Shown piece by piece: positions 16,182-35,231 of a stretch of 64,000 nucleotides of DNA. How positions within the stretch are numbered: the stretch's first letter is position 1; every line of letters starts with the position of its first letter. The notes under the pieces are model-generated. The model ran no database searches. It saw only the letters and a program-made list of their open reading frames with translations, and was not told where the DNA came from. Source of the DNA: the human T2T-CHM13v2.0 reference genome, Homo sapiens; assembly GCF_009914755.1 (NCBI RefSeq), contig NC_060934.1. One strand, written 5' to 3'. The position numbers were made by a program, and so were the translations under genes.

Positions 16182-16523
16182 TGTATTAGTCTGTTCTCAT
16201 GCTGCTAATAAAGATATACCTGAGACTGAGTAATTTGTAAAGGAAAGAGGTTTAATGGACTCACAGGTCCACATGGCTGGGGAGGCCTCATAATCGTGGT
16301 GGAAGGCTAATGAGGAGCAAAGTCACATCTTACATGGCAGCAGGCAAGAGAGCTTGTGCAGGGGAACTCCCCTTTATAAAACCATCAGATCTCGTGACAC
16401 TTATTTATGATGGGGGAAACTGCCCCCATGATTCAATTATCTCTACCTGCCCCCACCCTTGACACATGGGGATTATTACAATTCAAGGTGAGAGTTGGGT
16501 GGGGACACAGCCAAACCATATCA
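16182..16523 (-). mobile_element. THE1 (MaLR) solo LTR
   Basis: tgtattagtctgttctc...ccaaaccatatca; 5-bp TSD gcatc/gtatc. Confidence 0.9.
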
Positions 16524-16538
16524 GTATCATATAGATAA

Positions 16539-16882
<344 letters not shown>

Positions 16883-17126
16883 TAATGTAATTTATTTTTT
16901 GACACAGGGTTTTGCTCTCTTGCCCAGGCTGGAGTGCAGTGGCAGGATCATGGCTCACTGCAGCCTCAATTTGCTGGGCCCAAGTGATCTTCCTGCCTCA
17001 CCCTCCTGAGTTGCTGGGACTACAGGTATGCACCACCATGCCTGATTACTTTTTTTTTTTTTTTTTTTTGTAGAGATAGAGTCTCACTTTGTTGCCCAGG
17101 CTAGTCTTGAACTCCTGAACTCAAGC

Positions 17127-17172
<46 letters not shown>

Positions 17173-17345
17173 AACACATATATGTATATATGTATATACA
17201 TGTATATATGTGTATATATGTATATATGTATATATCTGTGTATATATGTATATATGTGTATATATGTATATATATGTATATGTGTATATATATGTATATG
17301 TGTGTGTGTGTATATATGTGTGTGTGTGTGTATATATATATATAT
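17127..17345. repeat. Compound (TA)/(CA)/(TG) microsatellite
   Basis: Seen directly; source of several spurious ORFs. Confidence 0.95.
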
Positions 17346-17683
<338 letters not shown>

Positions 17684-17855
17684 TAGCTAGGACCACAGGT
17701 GTGAACCACCACACTCAGCTAATTTTTGCATGTTTGGTAGAGATAGGGTTTCATCATGTTGCCAAGGCTTGTCTTGAATTCCTGGTCTCAAGAGATCCTC
17801 CCATCTCAGCCTCCTAAACTGCTGGGATTATTGGTGTGAGCCACCTTGCCCAAAT

Positions 17856-18095
17856 ATTATTTTATTTAGATTCAGGGGGCACATGTACAGGTTTGTTACT
17901 TGGGTATATTGTGTGATGCTGAGATTTGGGTTTCTAATGATCCTGTCTCCCAAGTAGGGAATGTAGAACCCAATAGGTAGTTTTTCAACCCTTTCCCCCT
18001 CCTCCCTTCCACTTTTGGAATCCCCAGTATCAATTGTTCCCATCTTTGTGTCTGTGTACCCAAGTTTAGCTCCCACTTATAAGGGAGAACATGCA
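17856..18095 (-). mobile_element. Old L1PA/L1PB 3'UTR fragment
   Basis: catgtacaggtttgttacttgggtatattgtgtgatgctgag. Confidence 0.75.
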
Positions 18096-18976
18096 GAAAA
18101 TACCCATTTTAAAACTGAACATTTTACTTTTATTTGGATATTTAACAGCATGTATTTATGTATTTACATATGCCCCCCTACTTCCCCAAAGGGTTTGAGA
18201 TGGCAACATCATAAAGAAAGCCCTAGGTTATAATTTGCTCTAGAAAACCTCTAGCGTAATGCCTTACAAAAACAGTGTTTGAAGGGGAGGAGTCATGAGC
18301 TTATGTAAACACAGCACCATTAATTTAAGTAGTAAACTAAAATAACAAACAATATACTAGGCATAAAATTGAATCAGCAATTGCATCTTAAAGTACCAGC
18401 GTGAAAACATAATCATTTTAACTAGATGAGAGCACTCTTTATTATAACAAAATTAATCTGCAAAATCCATTTGCATTTGTCTATGTGCTTGACACCAACA
18501 CAATTTCAGAAGCAAGCTTCCTAAAGGACTGAAGTTATTACCATAACACTCTGGTCAAATTCTCCCAGAACAAAAATTCAATTAGTCTTTAAGTGAGAAA
18601 AGAAAAAACACATTTTATGTCACAACAGGACTAAGGCTTTATTTCTTCACATCATTTATATATTACAGTCATAAAAGGAAATCATCAAATTCTAAATAGC
18701 AGCTACAACTGTAACAGCTACAATCCCTTGAGCAATTCCTATATGCTGAATGCTTTAAACACATGAAATAGAACGGTGTGGAATGAGGGCCTGCCCCCTA
18801 GTTTGGGTTGGGTGTGTACCATCATTAGATCTTTATTGTCATCACTATATTTTATTAACAATAAAAAATAAGTGGTAAGGTGAATTTACGAATTATACAA
18901 GCATTAAATTTTGGTTTATAATCTAAGCAGGACTTTGCAAATCGTGTGTTTTCTCAAGTTAAAATACAAAAGTATG

Positions 18977-19365
<389 letters not shown>

Positions 19366-19924
19366 TTATACACAAGGGCAAACTAAGTGCAATTCCACCA
19401 AACACTATCCAGTCTTGTGTATTTGTAGCTGCCTTTGTTGAATACTTTTCACTACACTCCAGGCACAAGCTGACCCTTTTTGGTCCTTACCACAAGCCTG
19501 GGAAGAAGGCAGTAGTGTGTTTGCCTCACAGTTGGAGAAACTGAGGCTTGGAAGGCATAGACCACAAGTAGGAGACTCTGAGTCCTACCTGCTTGGCAAC
19601 AAAGATTATCATGCCTGTTATCACCACATTCTCCCGTTTTCTTAACATTTTATCTCACCTTTAATTTGTGTTATTTCTCCACGTGGCTTTTTGTTCCTGA
19701 TACTAAGAGTATATAATTAAATAAAGCTCACTGTTAGAGTTTATCTTCATTATTTGTCTTGTAAATAAAATTAAAACACCAACATCCTAGGTCTGCAGTT
19801 CAAATTCTCTGGTACACATTCCTTGCTGGAAGTGTGACCACACCTGAAGGAGGTTGATCCAGTCAGTACCCAACCAACTGGGGAAAATGATCTGATGGCT
19901 GCCATGCTGGCTTTAGATGCCGAA

Positions 19925-22222
19925 TGTACTAGTCAGTTTTCATGCTGCTGATAAAGACATATCTGAGACTGAGAAGAAAAGGAGGTTTAATGGACTTACA
20001 GTTCCACGTGGCTGGGGAGGCCTCACAATCATGGCAGAAGGCAAGGAGGAGCAAGTCACGTTTTACATGGATGGCAGAGGCAGAGAGCTTGTGCAGGGAA
20101 ACTCCCATTTCTAAAACCATCAGATCTCATGAGACTCATTCATTGTCATGAGAACAGCACAGGAAATACTCACCTCCATAATTCAATCACCTCCCACCAA
20201 GTTCCTCCTGCAGCACATGGGAAACATAGGCATTACAATTCAAGATGAGATTTGGGTGGGGACACAGCTGAACCATATTTTCCCACCACTGGCTCCTCCC
20301 AAATCTTATGTCCTCACATTTCAAAACCAATCATGCCTTCCCAATAGTCCCCCAAAGTCTTAACTCATTTCAGCATTAACTCAAAAGTCCACAGTCCAAC
20401 ATCTCATCTGAGACAATGTAGGTCCCTTCCACCTATAAGCCTGTAAAATCAAAAGCAAGTTAGTTGCTTCCTAGATACAATGGGGGTACAGGCATTGGGT
20501 AAATACAGCCATTCCAAATGAAAGAAATTGACCAAAACAAATGGCTACATTCCCCATGCAAGTCCAAAATACAGCAGAGCAGTCAAATCTTGAAGCTCTA
20601 AAATGATCTCCCTTGACTCCATGTTTCACATCCCAGTCACTGTTATGAGAGGTGGGTTCCTATGGTCTTGGGCAGCTCTGCTCCTGTGGCTTTGCAGGGT
20701 ACAGCCTTCCTCCTGGCTACCTTCATGGGCTGGCATTGAGTGTCTATGGCTTTTCCAGGCTCATGGTGCAAGCTGTTGGTAGATCTACCATTCTGCGGTC
20801 TGGAGGACGGTGGCCCTCTTCTCACAGCTCCACTAGATAGTGCCCCAGTAGAGACTCTGTGTGGGGGCTCCAACCCCACATTTCCCTCCACACAGCCCTA
20901 GCAGAGGTTCTCCATGACAGCCTCACCCCTGCAGCAAACTTCTACCTGGACGTCCAGGCATTTCCATATATTCTCTGAAATCTAGGCAGAGGTTCCCAAA
21001 CCTCAATTCTTGACCTCTGTGCACCAGAAGGCTCAACACCACATGGAAGCTGCCAAGGCTTTGGGCTTTCACCTTCTGAAGCCATGGCCTGAGCTGTGCC
21101 TTGGCTCCTTTTAGTCATGGCTGGAGTGGCTTGGACACAGGGCACCAAGTCCCTGGACTACACATAGCGCAGGGACCCTGGGTCTGGCCCACGAAACCAA
21201 TTTTTCCACCTAAAGCTCTGGGCTGTGATGGGAGGGACCGCCACAAAGGTTTCTGACATGCCCTGGAGACATTTTCCCCATTGTCTTGGGGATTAACATT
21301 CGGCTCCTCAGTACTTAATGCAAGTTTCTGCAGCCATCTTGAATTTCTCCTCAGAAAAAAATGTGATTTTCTTTTCTATTGCATTGTCAGGCTGCAAATT
21401 TTCCAAACTTTTACGCTCTGCTTCCCTTTTAAAACTGAATGTCTTTAATAGCACCCAAGTCACCTCTTGAATGCTTTGCTGCTTAGAAATTTCTTCCACC
21501 AGATACGCTAAATCATGTCCCTTAAGTTCAAAGTTCCACAAATCTCTAGGCAGGGGCAAAATGCTGTCAGTCTCTTTGCTAAAAGATAACAAGAGTCACC
21601 TTTGCTCCAGTTCCCAACAAGTTCCTCATCTCCATCTGAGACCACCTCAGCCTGGATTTCATTGCCCATATCATTATCAGCATTTTGGTCAAAGACATTC
21701 AACAAGTCTCTAGGAAGTTCCAAACTTTCCCACATTTTCCTGTCTTCTTCTGAGCCCTCCAAACTGTTCCATCCTCTGCCTCTTACCCAGTAGTTTCAAA
21801 GTTGCTTCCACATTTTTGGGTATCTTTTCAGCAACGCCCCACTCTACTGGTACCAATTTACTGTATTAGTCGATTTTCACACTGCTGATAAAGACCTACC
21901 TGAGACTGGGAAGAAAAGGGGGTTTAATGAACTTACAGTTCCATGTGGCTGGGGAGGCCTCACAATTATGGTGGAAGGTAAGGAGGAGCAAGTCACATCT
22001 TATGTGGATGGCAGCAGGCAAAGAGAGAGCTTGTTCAGGGAAACTCCTGTTTTTAAAACCATCAGATCTTGTGAGACTCATTCACTATCATGAGAACAGC
22101 ACAGGAAAGACTCACCTCCATAATTCAATCACCTCCCACTGGGTTCCTCCCGCAATATGTGGGAATTCTAGAAGTTACAACTCAAGATAAGATTTGGGTG
22201 GGGACACAGCCAAACCATATCA
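19925..22222 (-). mobile_element. Complete THE1 (THE1C-like) MaLR element: LTR 19925-20280, internal region, LTR 21862-22222
   Basis: Two direct ~360-bp LTRs around ~1.6 kb THE1-internal sequence; degenerate TSD ccgaa/ctgag. Confidence 0.93.
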
Positions 22223-24228
22223 CTGAGAGTGTAAATCACTCCTTTACTCATAGGAAGGGCATGTTTGGCTTCTTAGAGAGATTGTAAGTTAACACTGACA
22301 ACAAGAACCATGCCTTACATTGTAATTCTCCTGGCAGATGCTAAAATGCACAGCACAGCCCTGTGCTTTGATATAGTAAGTGTATATTATTAGATAATAA
22401 ATGTTCAATAAATGTGAGCTGAACTGACTCTAACTTGATTATACCAAGAACTGAGGGAATCTGCTTCACATTCTGCCTCTCCATCCCAAGTCTGTTTAGT
22501 GCCTTATGAGATGGTAAGAGGAGAACAACTGACACAAGCCACATTGTAGTTACCCAAATTCAACCTCTACTCTATTTCAGAAGTCCATTGTCATGATCAA
22601 ACCCCATCTTTTTTAGTAATCACACAGAACTGCTTTAGTGCTAATCCACCTCCTAATATTCCTATTATTTCTCTAAATTCTCCCATCATAATGTAGTCAA
22701 TCATTCAATGAAACTTTAAGGATTAGCTAACACTAGGCAAAGCAGCAGAGAGGACAGATGTGGAGGTGAAATATTACTGTGCCCACTTTCAGGGATTATA
22801 CCATCTAGTAGAGGAAAAGATTAGAACATCAATCACAGTGGACCAGTTGCCATGAGGGAAAGAAAGGGGTGCCTTCCTGAGAAAGTCAGTATACCCCTTC
22901 TCCACCAGCCCCACCCTGGATCAGCTTAACCATTTGCCTCCTCCCCTCCCCATCCTGTGGTCTGTTAGTAAAGCCAAGGGGATTGGTTCCTCTCCACACT
23001 TACAGCATCTCCATTGCTATCTGCCCACAGCTTTCCCAATGGCACTCCCAACCATTGGCTCAACCTTCCCAGTGACAGAAAAGAGAGGCTCCCAGACACA
23101 AATACTTAAATTTGTTATATCCTGAGAATGTATCTGTCACCATATGCACTCTTCTTACTTCCTTCTTTAAAGTCTTCCTTTCACAAGCTAATTCCTCCAG
23201 TGAGCTTTGGGATAACATTCTCTCCCGCCTCCCCAGGGCACCCGCTGTACTAATAATCCTCCCTCCCGGTTACCCAAGCCAGAAGTCAGTCTTTCAAAAT
23301 CCTTGCTTTTACATCCTCCCATTGAATCAATTATAATATTTAATTTAACTAATCTCTTCCAATGATTTATCTTGACTACCCCTTGGAACTGTCCCTTCAT
23401 CTCCAAAAGAACAATAGCATAAGTAACAGAAATCAGAATGTGTGCCTTATCCTTAGCATATTCCAGTGACTCTCCATTGCTTTTGTAGATTGGCATTCAA
23501 GGCTTTTCATCATTTGACTCCTGCCCATCTCCGTGGCCTTCTTTCTTGTCACTTCCTTTTTCAAAAACGAAGTTCCCCAAACCTCAAAACCACTTATACC
23601 TGCTTAGATACACCACGCTTACTTACATCCTCAAGGCTTTATTAGAAGTTTATCTTCTGAAGTAATGCAAACTCCTCCCTCTTCTTTACTCTCATATACT
23701 CCTGGTCACCAAATTCTACTTCTCTGATCTCTTAAATGGCTCTTCCATATGATGCTTCTTGCCCAACAGCAGCAGAATGCTAATTCTTCTTAAGTGCACA
23801 TGAAACATTCTCCAAGATAGATCATATGTTAGGCCACTGCAATGGTTTGAATGTGTCCCCCAGAAAGCATGCATTGGAAACTCAACCCCCAATGCAATAG
23901 TGTTGGGAGGCAGAGCCTAATGAAAAGTATTTAGGCCATGAAAGCAGAGTGAATGGATTAATGTCCTTATCACGGGAGTGGGTTCTTTTATTTTATTTAT
24001 TTATTTACTTATTTATTATACTTTAAGTTTTAGGGTACATGTGTACAACGTGCAGGTTAGTTACATATATATACATGTGCCACATGTGCCATGTTGGTGT
24101 GCTGTACCCATTAACTCGTCATTTAACATTAGGTATATCTCCTAATGCTATCTTTCCCCCCTCCCCCCACCCCACAACAGGCCCCAGTGTGTGATGTTCC
24201 TCTTCCTGTGTCCATGTGTTCTCATTGT

Positions 24229-28272
<4,044 letters not shown>

Positions 28273-28335
28273 TATGATGTTAGCTGGTTATTTTGCTCAT
28301 TAGTTGGTGCAGTTTCTTCCTAGCCTTGACAATCT

Positions 28336-29345
28336 TTACGATTTGGCATGATTTGTAGTGGCTGGTACCAGTTCTTCCTTTCCATGTTTAGTGCTTCCTT
28401 CAGGAGCTCTTTTAGGGCAGGCCTGGTGGTGACAAAATCTCTCAGCATTTGCTTGTCCGTAAAGGATTTTATTTCTCCTTCACTTATGAAGCTTAGTTTG
28501 GCTGGATATGAAATTCTGGGTTGAAAATTCTTTTCTTTAAGAATGTTGAAGATTGGCCCCCACTCTCTTCTGGCTTATAGAGTTTCTGCCAAGAGATCAG
28601 CTGTTAGTCTGATGAGCTTCCCTTTGTGGGTAACCCCACCTTTCTCTCTGGCTGCCCTTAACATTTTTTCCTTCATTTCAACTTTGGTGAATCTAACAAT
28701 TATGTGTCTTGGAGTTGCTGTTCTCGAGGAGTATCTTTGTGGCGTTCTCTGCATTTCCTAAATTTGAATGTTGGCCTGCCTTGCTAAATTGGGGAAGTTC
28801 TCCTGGATAATATCCTGCAGAGTGTTTCCAACTTGGTTCCATTCTCCCCGTCACTTTCAGGTACACCAATCAGATGTAGATTTGGTCTTTTCATGTAGTC
28901 CCATACTTCTTGGAGGCTTTGTTCATTTCTTTTTATTCTTTTTTCTCTAAACTTCTCGCTTCATTTCATTCATTTGATCTACCATCACTGATACCCTTTC
29001 TTCCAGATGATTGAATCAGCTACTGAGGCTTGTGCATTCGTCACGTAGTTCTCATGCCTTGGTTTTCAGCTCCATCATGTCCTTTAAGGACTTCTCTGCA
29101 TTGGTTATTCTAGTTAGCCATTCATCTAATCCTTTTTCAAGGTTTTTAACTTCTTTGCCATGGGTTCAAACTTCCTCCTTTAGCTCAGAGTAGTTTGATC
29201 ATCTGAAGACTTCTTCTCTCAACTCGTCAAAGTCATTCTCCGTCCAGCTTTGTTCTGTTGCTGGTGAGGAGCTGCGTTCCTTTGGAGGAGGAGAGGCGCT
29301 CTGATTTTTAGAGTTTCCAGTTTTTCTGCTCTGTTTTTTCCCCAT
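28336..29345 (-). pseudogene. Disrupted L1 ORF1
   Basis: MGKKQSRKTGNSKNQSASPPPKERSSSPATEQSW N-terminus; early stop. Confidence 0.9.
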
Positions 29346-29920
29346 CTTTGTGGTTTCATCTACCTTTGGTCTTTGATGATGGTGACACATAGGTGGGGTT
29401 TTGGTGTGGATGTCCTTTCTGTTTGTTAGTTTTCCTTCTAACAGTCAGGACCCTCAGCTGCAGGTCTGTTGGAGTTTGCCTGAGGTCCATTCCAGACCCT
29501 TTTTGCCTAGGTATCAGCAGTGGAGGCTGCAGAACAGCGGATATTGGTGAACAGCAAATGTTTCTCCCTGATCGTTCCTCTGGAAGTTTTGTCTCAGAGG
29601 AGTACCAGGTCGTGTGAGGTGTCAGTCTGCCCCTACTGGGGGGTGCCTCCCAGTTAGGCTACTCGGGGGTCAGGGACCCACTTGAGGAGGCAGTCTGTCC
29701 ATTCTCAGATCTCCAGCTGCGTGCTGGGAGAAGCACTACTCTTTTCAAAGCTGTCAGACAGGGACATTTAAGTCTGCAGAGGATTCTGCTGCCTTTTGTT
29801 TGGCTTTGCCCTGCCCCCAGAGGTGGAGTCTACAGAGACAGGCAGGCCTCCTTGAGCTGCGGTGGGCTCCACCCAGTTTGAGCTTCCCTGCTGCTTTGTT
29901 TACCTACTCAAGCCTCGGCA

Positions 29921-30138
29921 ATGGCAGGCACCCCTCCCCCAGCCTCACTGCTGCCTTGCAGTTTGATCTCAGCCTGCTGTGCTAGCAATGAGTGAGGCTC
30001 CGTGAGCACAGGACCCTCCAAGCCAGGCACGGGATATAATCTCCTGGTGCGCCATTTGCTAAGACCGTTGGAAAACTGCAGTATTAGGGTGGGAGTGACC
30101 CAATTTTCCAGGTGCAGTCTGTCACCCCTTTCTTTGAC
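29921..30138 (+). pseudogene. L1 antisense ORF0 remnant with premature stop
   Basis: MAGTPPPASLLPCSLISACCASNE, TGA at 29993-29995, then in frame GPSKPGTGYNLLVR..IRVGVTQFSRC, matching primate L1 ORF0. Confidence 0.8.
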
Positions 30139-32323
30139 TAGGAAAGGGAATTCCCTGACCCCCTGTGCTTACCGGGTGAGGCGATGCCTCACCCTGCTTT
30201 GGCTCACGCTCAGTGCGCTGCACCCACTGAGGAGTGGGTTCTTTATAAAAGGGAGCATTTGGTCCCCATTTACTCTCTCTCTCACCCTCTCTTGCCCTTC
30301 TGCCTTCCACCACAGGATGACAAAAAGGCCTTCACCAGATGCTAGTACCTCTATCTTGGACTTCCTAGCCTCCAGTATCATGAGCCAATAAATTTATTTC
30401 CATTATAAATTACCTTGTCTCAGGTATTCTGTCACAGCAGCACAAAATGGACTAAGACAGCTGCAAAACAAGTCTTAGCAAATTTCAGAAGATTAAAATT
30501 ATATTAAGTATCTTTTCTGACCACACTAATATGAAACTAGAAATCAATAACAGGGAGAAAACTGGAACATTCACAAATTCATGAAAATTTAAAAATATGT
30601 TCCTGAACAACCAGTAGGAAAAAGAATAAATCTAAAGGGAAATTTTAAAAAATATATTGAGATATACCAATATGGAAACACAATACACCAACATTTATGG
30701 GATGGAGCAAAAGCTCTTCTAAGAGAAAAGTTTATAGCAATAAAGGCCAACACTAAAAAAGAGAAAAGATCTCAAATAAACTACCTAAAATTACACCTCA
30801 AGGAACTTGAAAAAGAAGAACAAACTAAGCCCAAAGAAGAAAGGAAATAATACAGAGCAGACATAAATAAAATAGAGGCTAGAAAAAACAAAATAAAAGA
30901 TCAAGAATACTAAGAATTTGTTTTTTGGAAAAGTAAACAAAATTGACACCCTTAAGCTAGACTAAGAAAGAGAGAATACTCAAATAAATAAAATTATAAA
31001 TGAAAGAAAAGACACTACATCTGATACCAGAGTAATACAAAGGATGATGAGTCTACTATGAACAATTACATACCAATAAATTGGATAACCTAGAAGAAAC
31101 GGATAAATTCCTAGCAACATACAACCTACCAAGACTGAATCATGAAGAAATAGAAAATCTGAACAAATCATTAGCAAGCAAGGAGATTGAATCCATAATT
31201 TAAAAAATCTCCCATCAAAGAAAGCCCAGGAATTCTACCAAACATTTTTTAAATTAATACCAATCTTCTAAAAATTATTTCCAAAAAAAAATGAAGAGAA
31301 ACAGAGAACAGTAGTTGCCAGGAGCTAGGGTGGGGAAGGGAGTCGGGAGATGCTGGTCAGTGGGTATAGAGTATCAGTTAGACAGGATGAATGAGTTCTG
31401 GAGATGTATCGTACAACATGGTGACTAAAGTTAATTATATTATATATTTGAAAATTGCTAAGAAAGAAGACCTTAAATACTCTCACCACATTAAAAAATG
31501 ATAAATATGTGAGATAAAATGATAAAAATAAATGTTGGTTAGATTGATTCTATCATTTATAATGTATCCATATATCCACACATCATATTGTATGTCATGA
31601 ATATATTCATCTTGTATTTGTCAATTATATATATATCTTTTAATAAAACTGAAAAGAATTCACCCTCACCAAAAGATATGGCATTTCTCTACCAGGCTAA
31701 ATCCTTTTCACCTGCAAAATTTCTCTTTAAGCATCCCCTCTCCTGGAACCCTTCCCTGGTACCCTCTCTTATAAAGGCTGGCTTAGTTGCCTCCTCTTGG
31801 TGCTCCCTTTATTTCACAAGGGATATTTTCAGCATGGTCTTCTTGCAACCTTGTCAGCCTTCATGGTGGGGGTGGCCTTTCTTCTGTGCAATTTCAGTGC
31901 CTACTATAGTGTCTGGAACATAATAAACATTCAAATTGTTGCAGAGCAGATGAGCGAGGTATTCAGGAGAAAGAATGGAACAAAATGGGGAAGATTTTGT
32001 CCTTCTTACTGTCCACTACTGACTCGCATTTGGGTTCTTATCTTCTATTCTCACCTAAGAGGTATAAAGGGTTTATATTTACTTTGGGTTCCACCCAATC
32101 TCCTTTTGGCTTCTATAACAGTTTTTTGTGGCCCATCTGACCATTGTAATACTCCTTACCAAAGATATGAGTTGGGGGCAGAAGGCAAACTATATATGAT
32201 TGAGAGATATTTAACACAGTTTCATGGATTCAGTGTGATAGTGGAAAAATTACTAAGCCATTTACCACCCAGTGCCACTTGTCTAATATACTCTAAGTCC
32301 TGGAGATTTTATCTGGCTCCTGA

Positions 32324-32909
<586 letters not shown>

Positions 32910-33084
32910 TCATGTGTCCTTTTCAAACACAACTCAGAGTAATATTAGCTTCTTCTTTAAAAATGTTCATGCTCTACTATTTACATTTTAATTAAGATAA
33001 TGATGTCTCAAGGTATACGGTACCACTTCTCAATTCAACCTACCTTTTAGGGAGTCGTTTTCATCACCTCCTCTTCACCCCATT

Positions 33085-33515
33085 GGTGAGGGGGTATTCC
33101 GGCACTAAGGTTACAGTTATGGCCAAACACATGCCACCTGACACTGCTGAGGTGAGACTGACACCAGTTTCTTAGTCACATATAAGCACAGCCTGGCGAG
33201 AAGGATGCAGCATGCCAACAGCAGCACAGGGAGGTTGCCCTGGGGACCCTTGAAGAAGCAGGGGTCTGTGAGAGGCAGGCTTTGTGGTAGCAAGAGGGTG
33301 GGGTGACCCCTGTTTCCGCTGAGAGGATGGGATCGGCTTGTCTGGCTAATGTCTCAGGTTAGCAGAGAACTGAAACCCACTACTCAGGGATAAACAGGAA
33401 CTGTACATGGCCCCCTGACAAGGAGATTTATTTGGCCAGAACCATTTGAGACCCTCCTGGTTTTCTGAGATGTCAACATTCACATCATATTGGGCCTCAA
33501 ATTTAGGCCTTGAAT
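33085..33515 (-). mobile_element. ERVL-type LTR (MER76-like); ends approximate
   Basis: aagagggtggggtgacccctg..gaggatgggatcggcttgt block recalled from that family. Confidence 0.45.
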
Positions 33516-34044
33516 TATAGGAATGACCAAGTTACCTAAAGAGAACCAGAAGGTCTCTTTTACCTGGACACAATAGAATATAATTATATATGAAACATGA
33601 AAAGGTAATTGAGGCCATTGTTTATAATGCATCAGGGGCTGGGGGTGGGTGCAGGGGATAGCTGCCTGACCTGGAGAATTGAATCCAAGCATGTGAGGGT
33701 GGAGGCTCCATCTCTCCAAGTCCCTTAAGGCCTAGTGTTATCGGGACCTGTTCTTCCTGGCACGTGTGGGGCTGGCAATGCAATGGCCATGCTGACTGCC
33801 TGCCCCTGAGAGTGACAGGACACTGTGAAACCATTGCCTGATGACACCCACATCTTTATGTTCAGAAGTACTATGAGAGCATCATCTGAGTAGCTCCTAT
33901 GTGGGTCAAGCTGAAACATCTCACTGTGGCCAGTAATAACAGGGTGTACAATACACCCTGTACAAGAGTGTATGCATTTAGGGAGACAATTTTTATCAAA
34001 ATAGTCAAACAGAAATGGAAAGTTTGCAATATCTCACTCTATAC

Positions 34045-34576
34045 CAAGCTTGTCCAACCCACGGCCCTAAGATGGCTTTGAATGCAGCCCAACATGAATT
34101 AGTAAACTTTCTTAAAACATTATGCGATTTCTTTGCAATTTTTGTTTTTGTTCTCTGTTTTGTTGTTTGTTTGTTTTTGAAATGGAGTCTTGCTCTGTCA
34201 CCCAGGCTGGAGTGCAGTGGTGCGATCTTGACTCACCGCAACCTGCACCTCCCAGGTTCAGGTGATTCTTCTGCCTCAGCCACCCAGGTAGCTCTACAAG
34301 TGTGTGCCACCACACCCAGCCAATTTTTGCATTTTTCGTAGAGACGGGGTTTCACCATCTTGGTCAGGCTTGTCTCAAACTCCTGATCTCAGGTGATTCA
34401 CCTGCCTCAGCCTCCCAAAGTGCTGGGATTGCAGGCGTGAGCCACTGCGTCCAGCCCTTTGCAATTGTTTTTTAGCTCATCAGCTATCATTAGTATTAGT
34501 GTATCTTATGTCTGGCCCAATACAATTCTTCTTTTTCTAATGCAGCCCAGAGAAGCCAAAAGATTGAACACCCTTG
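34045..34576. mobile_element. MER30 hAT-Charlie DNA transposon split by an Alu
   Basis: Degenerate TIRs caagcttgtccaa/ttgaacacccttg; perfect 8-bp TSD ctctatac (34037-34044 and 34577-34584). Confidence 0.85.
34141..34456 (-). mobile_element. AluS inside MER30
   Basis: TSD ctttgcaatt. Confidence 0.95.
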
Positions 34577-35143
34577 CTCTATACAGTTCATGTTGTTCCT
34601 CAAAGTATTCTGGAATTTAGAATTATTTCAGAATTTAGAATTATTTTAGGATATGTTTTTCAGATATTTTTACTCCCTAGAAAACCCAAGGTCTTTAATA
34701 TTAAGAATGATTGGCCTCTTGGCATTTTGCCTTCTTGATATGCTGGTTTCACCCTTGCAACCAGAATATATAAATGTGAGCCACAGGCTACTGTATAAAT
34801 GAGGAAGGAGCAGTTGGTTCCACTTAAATGAGCTGATTTATGTTATTCTGTATGGTAATATACACTTATCTTGCATTCAGGGACTTTTTTCCAGGCATTT
34901 GTTTTTTCCGCGAATTTTTCTTTGAGACTCCTGAAAACACAATGCAAGGCTGTTGCTAAACTGTGGGAACATGATAGATTATCCCGTACAAACATATGCT
35001 ATTTCCTTCCTCCCATTTTCTCCCCCTTCTAAAGAATGACGATTTTTTTTATTGTTGTTTTTCAACATGGTCTAAAGGGGTGCCCTGAAGTCACATTATG
35101 GTGGCCTCACAGCTGAAAGCTTACAGTAACCACTATTCTTACA

Positions 35144-35231
35144 GGCCATATCCTGCCATTGATTTTTACATAGAACTCCCCATTGACTGCCAAACGGAGT
35201 TTTTCCCTGAGATCGATGGCAGGATATAGCC
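35144..35231. repeat. 88-bp palindrome, Penelope1_Vert-like ancient repeat
   Basis: 20-bp arms, 18/20 complementary; inner aactccccattgac..ggagtt core. Confidence 0.7.
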
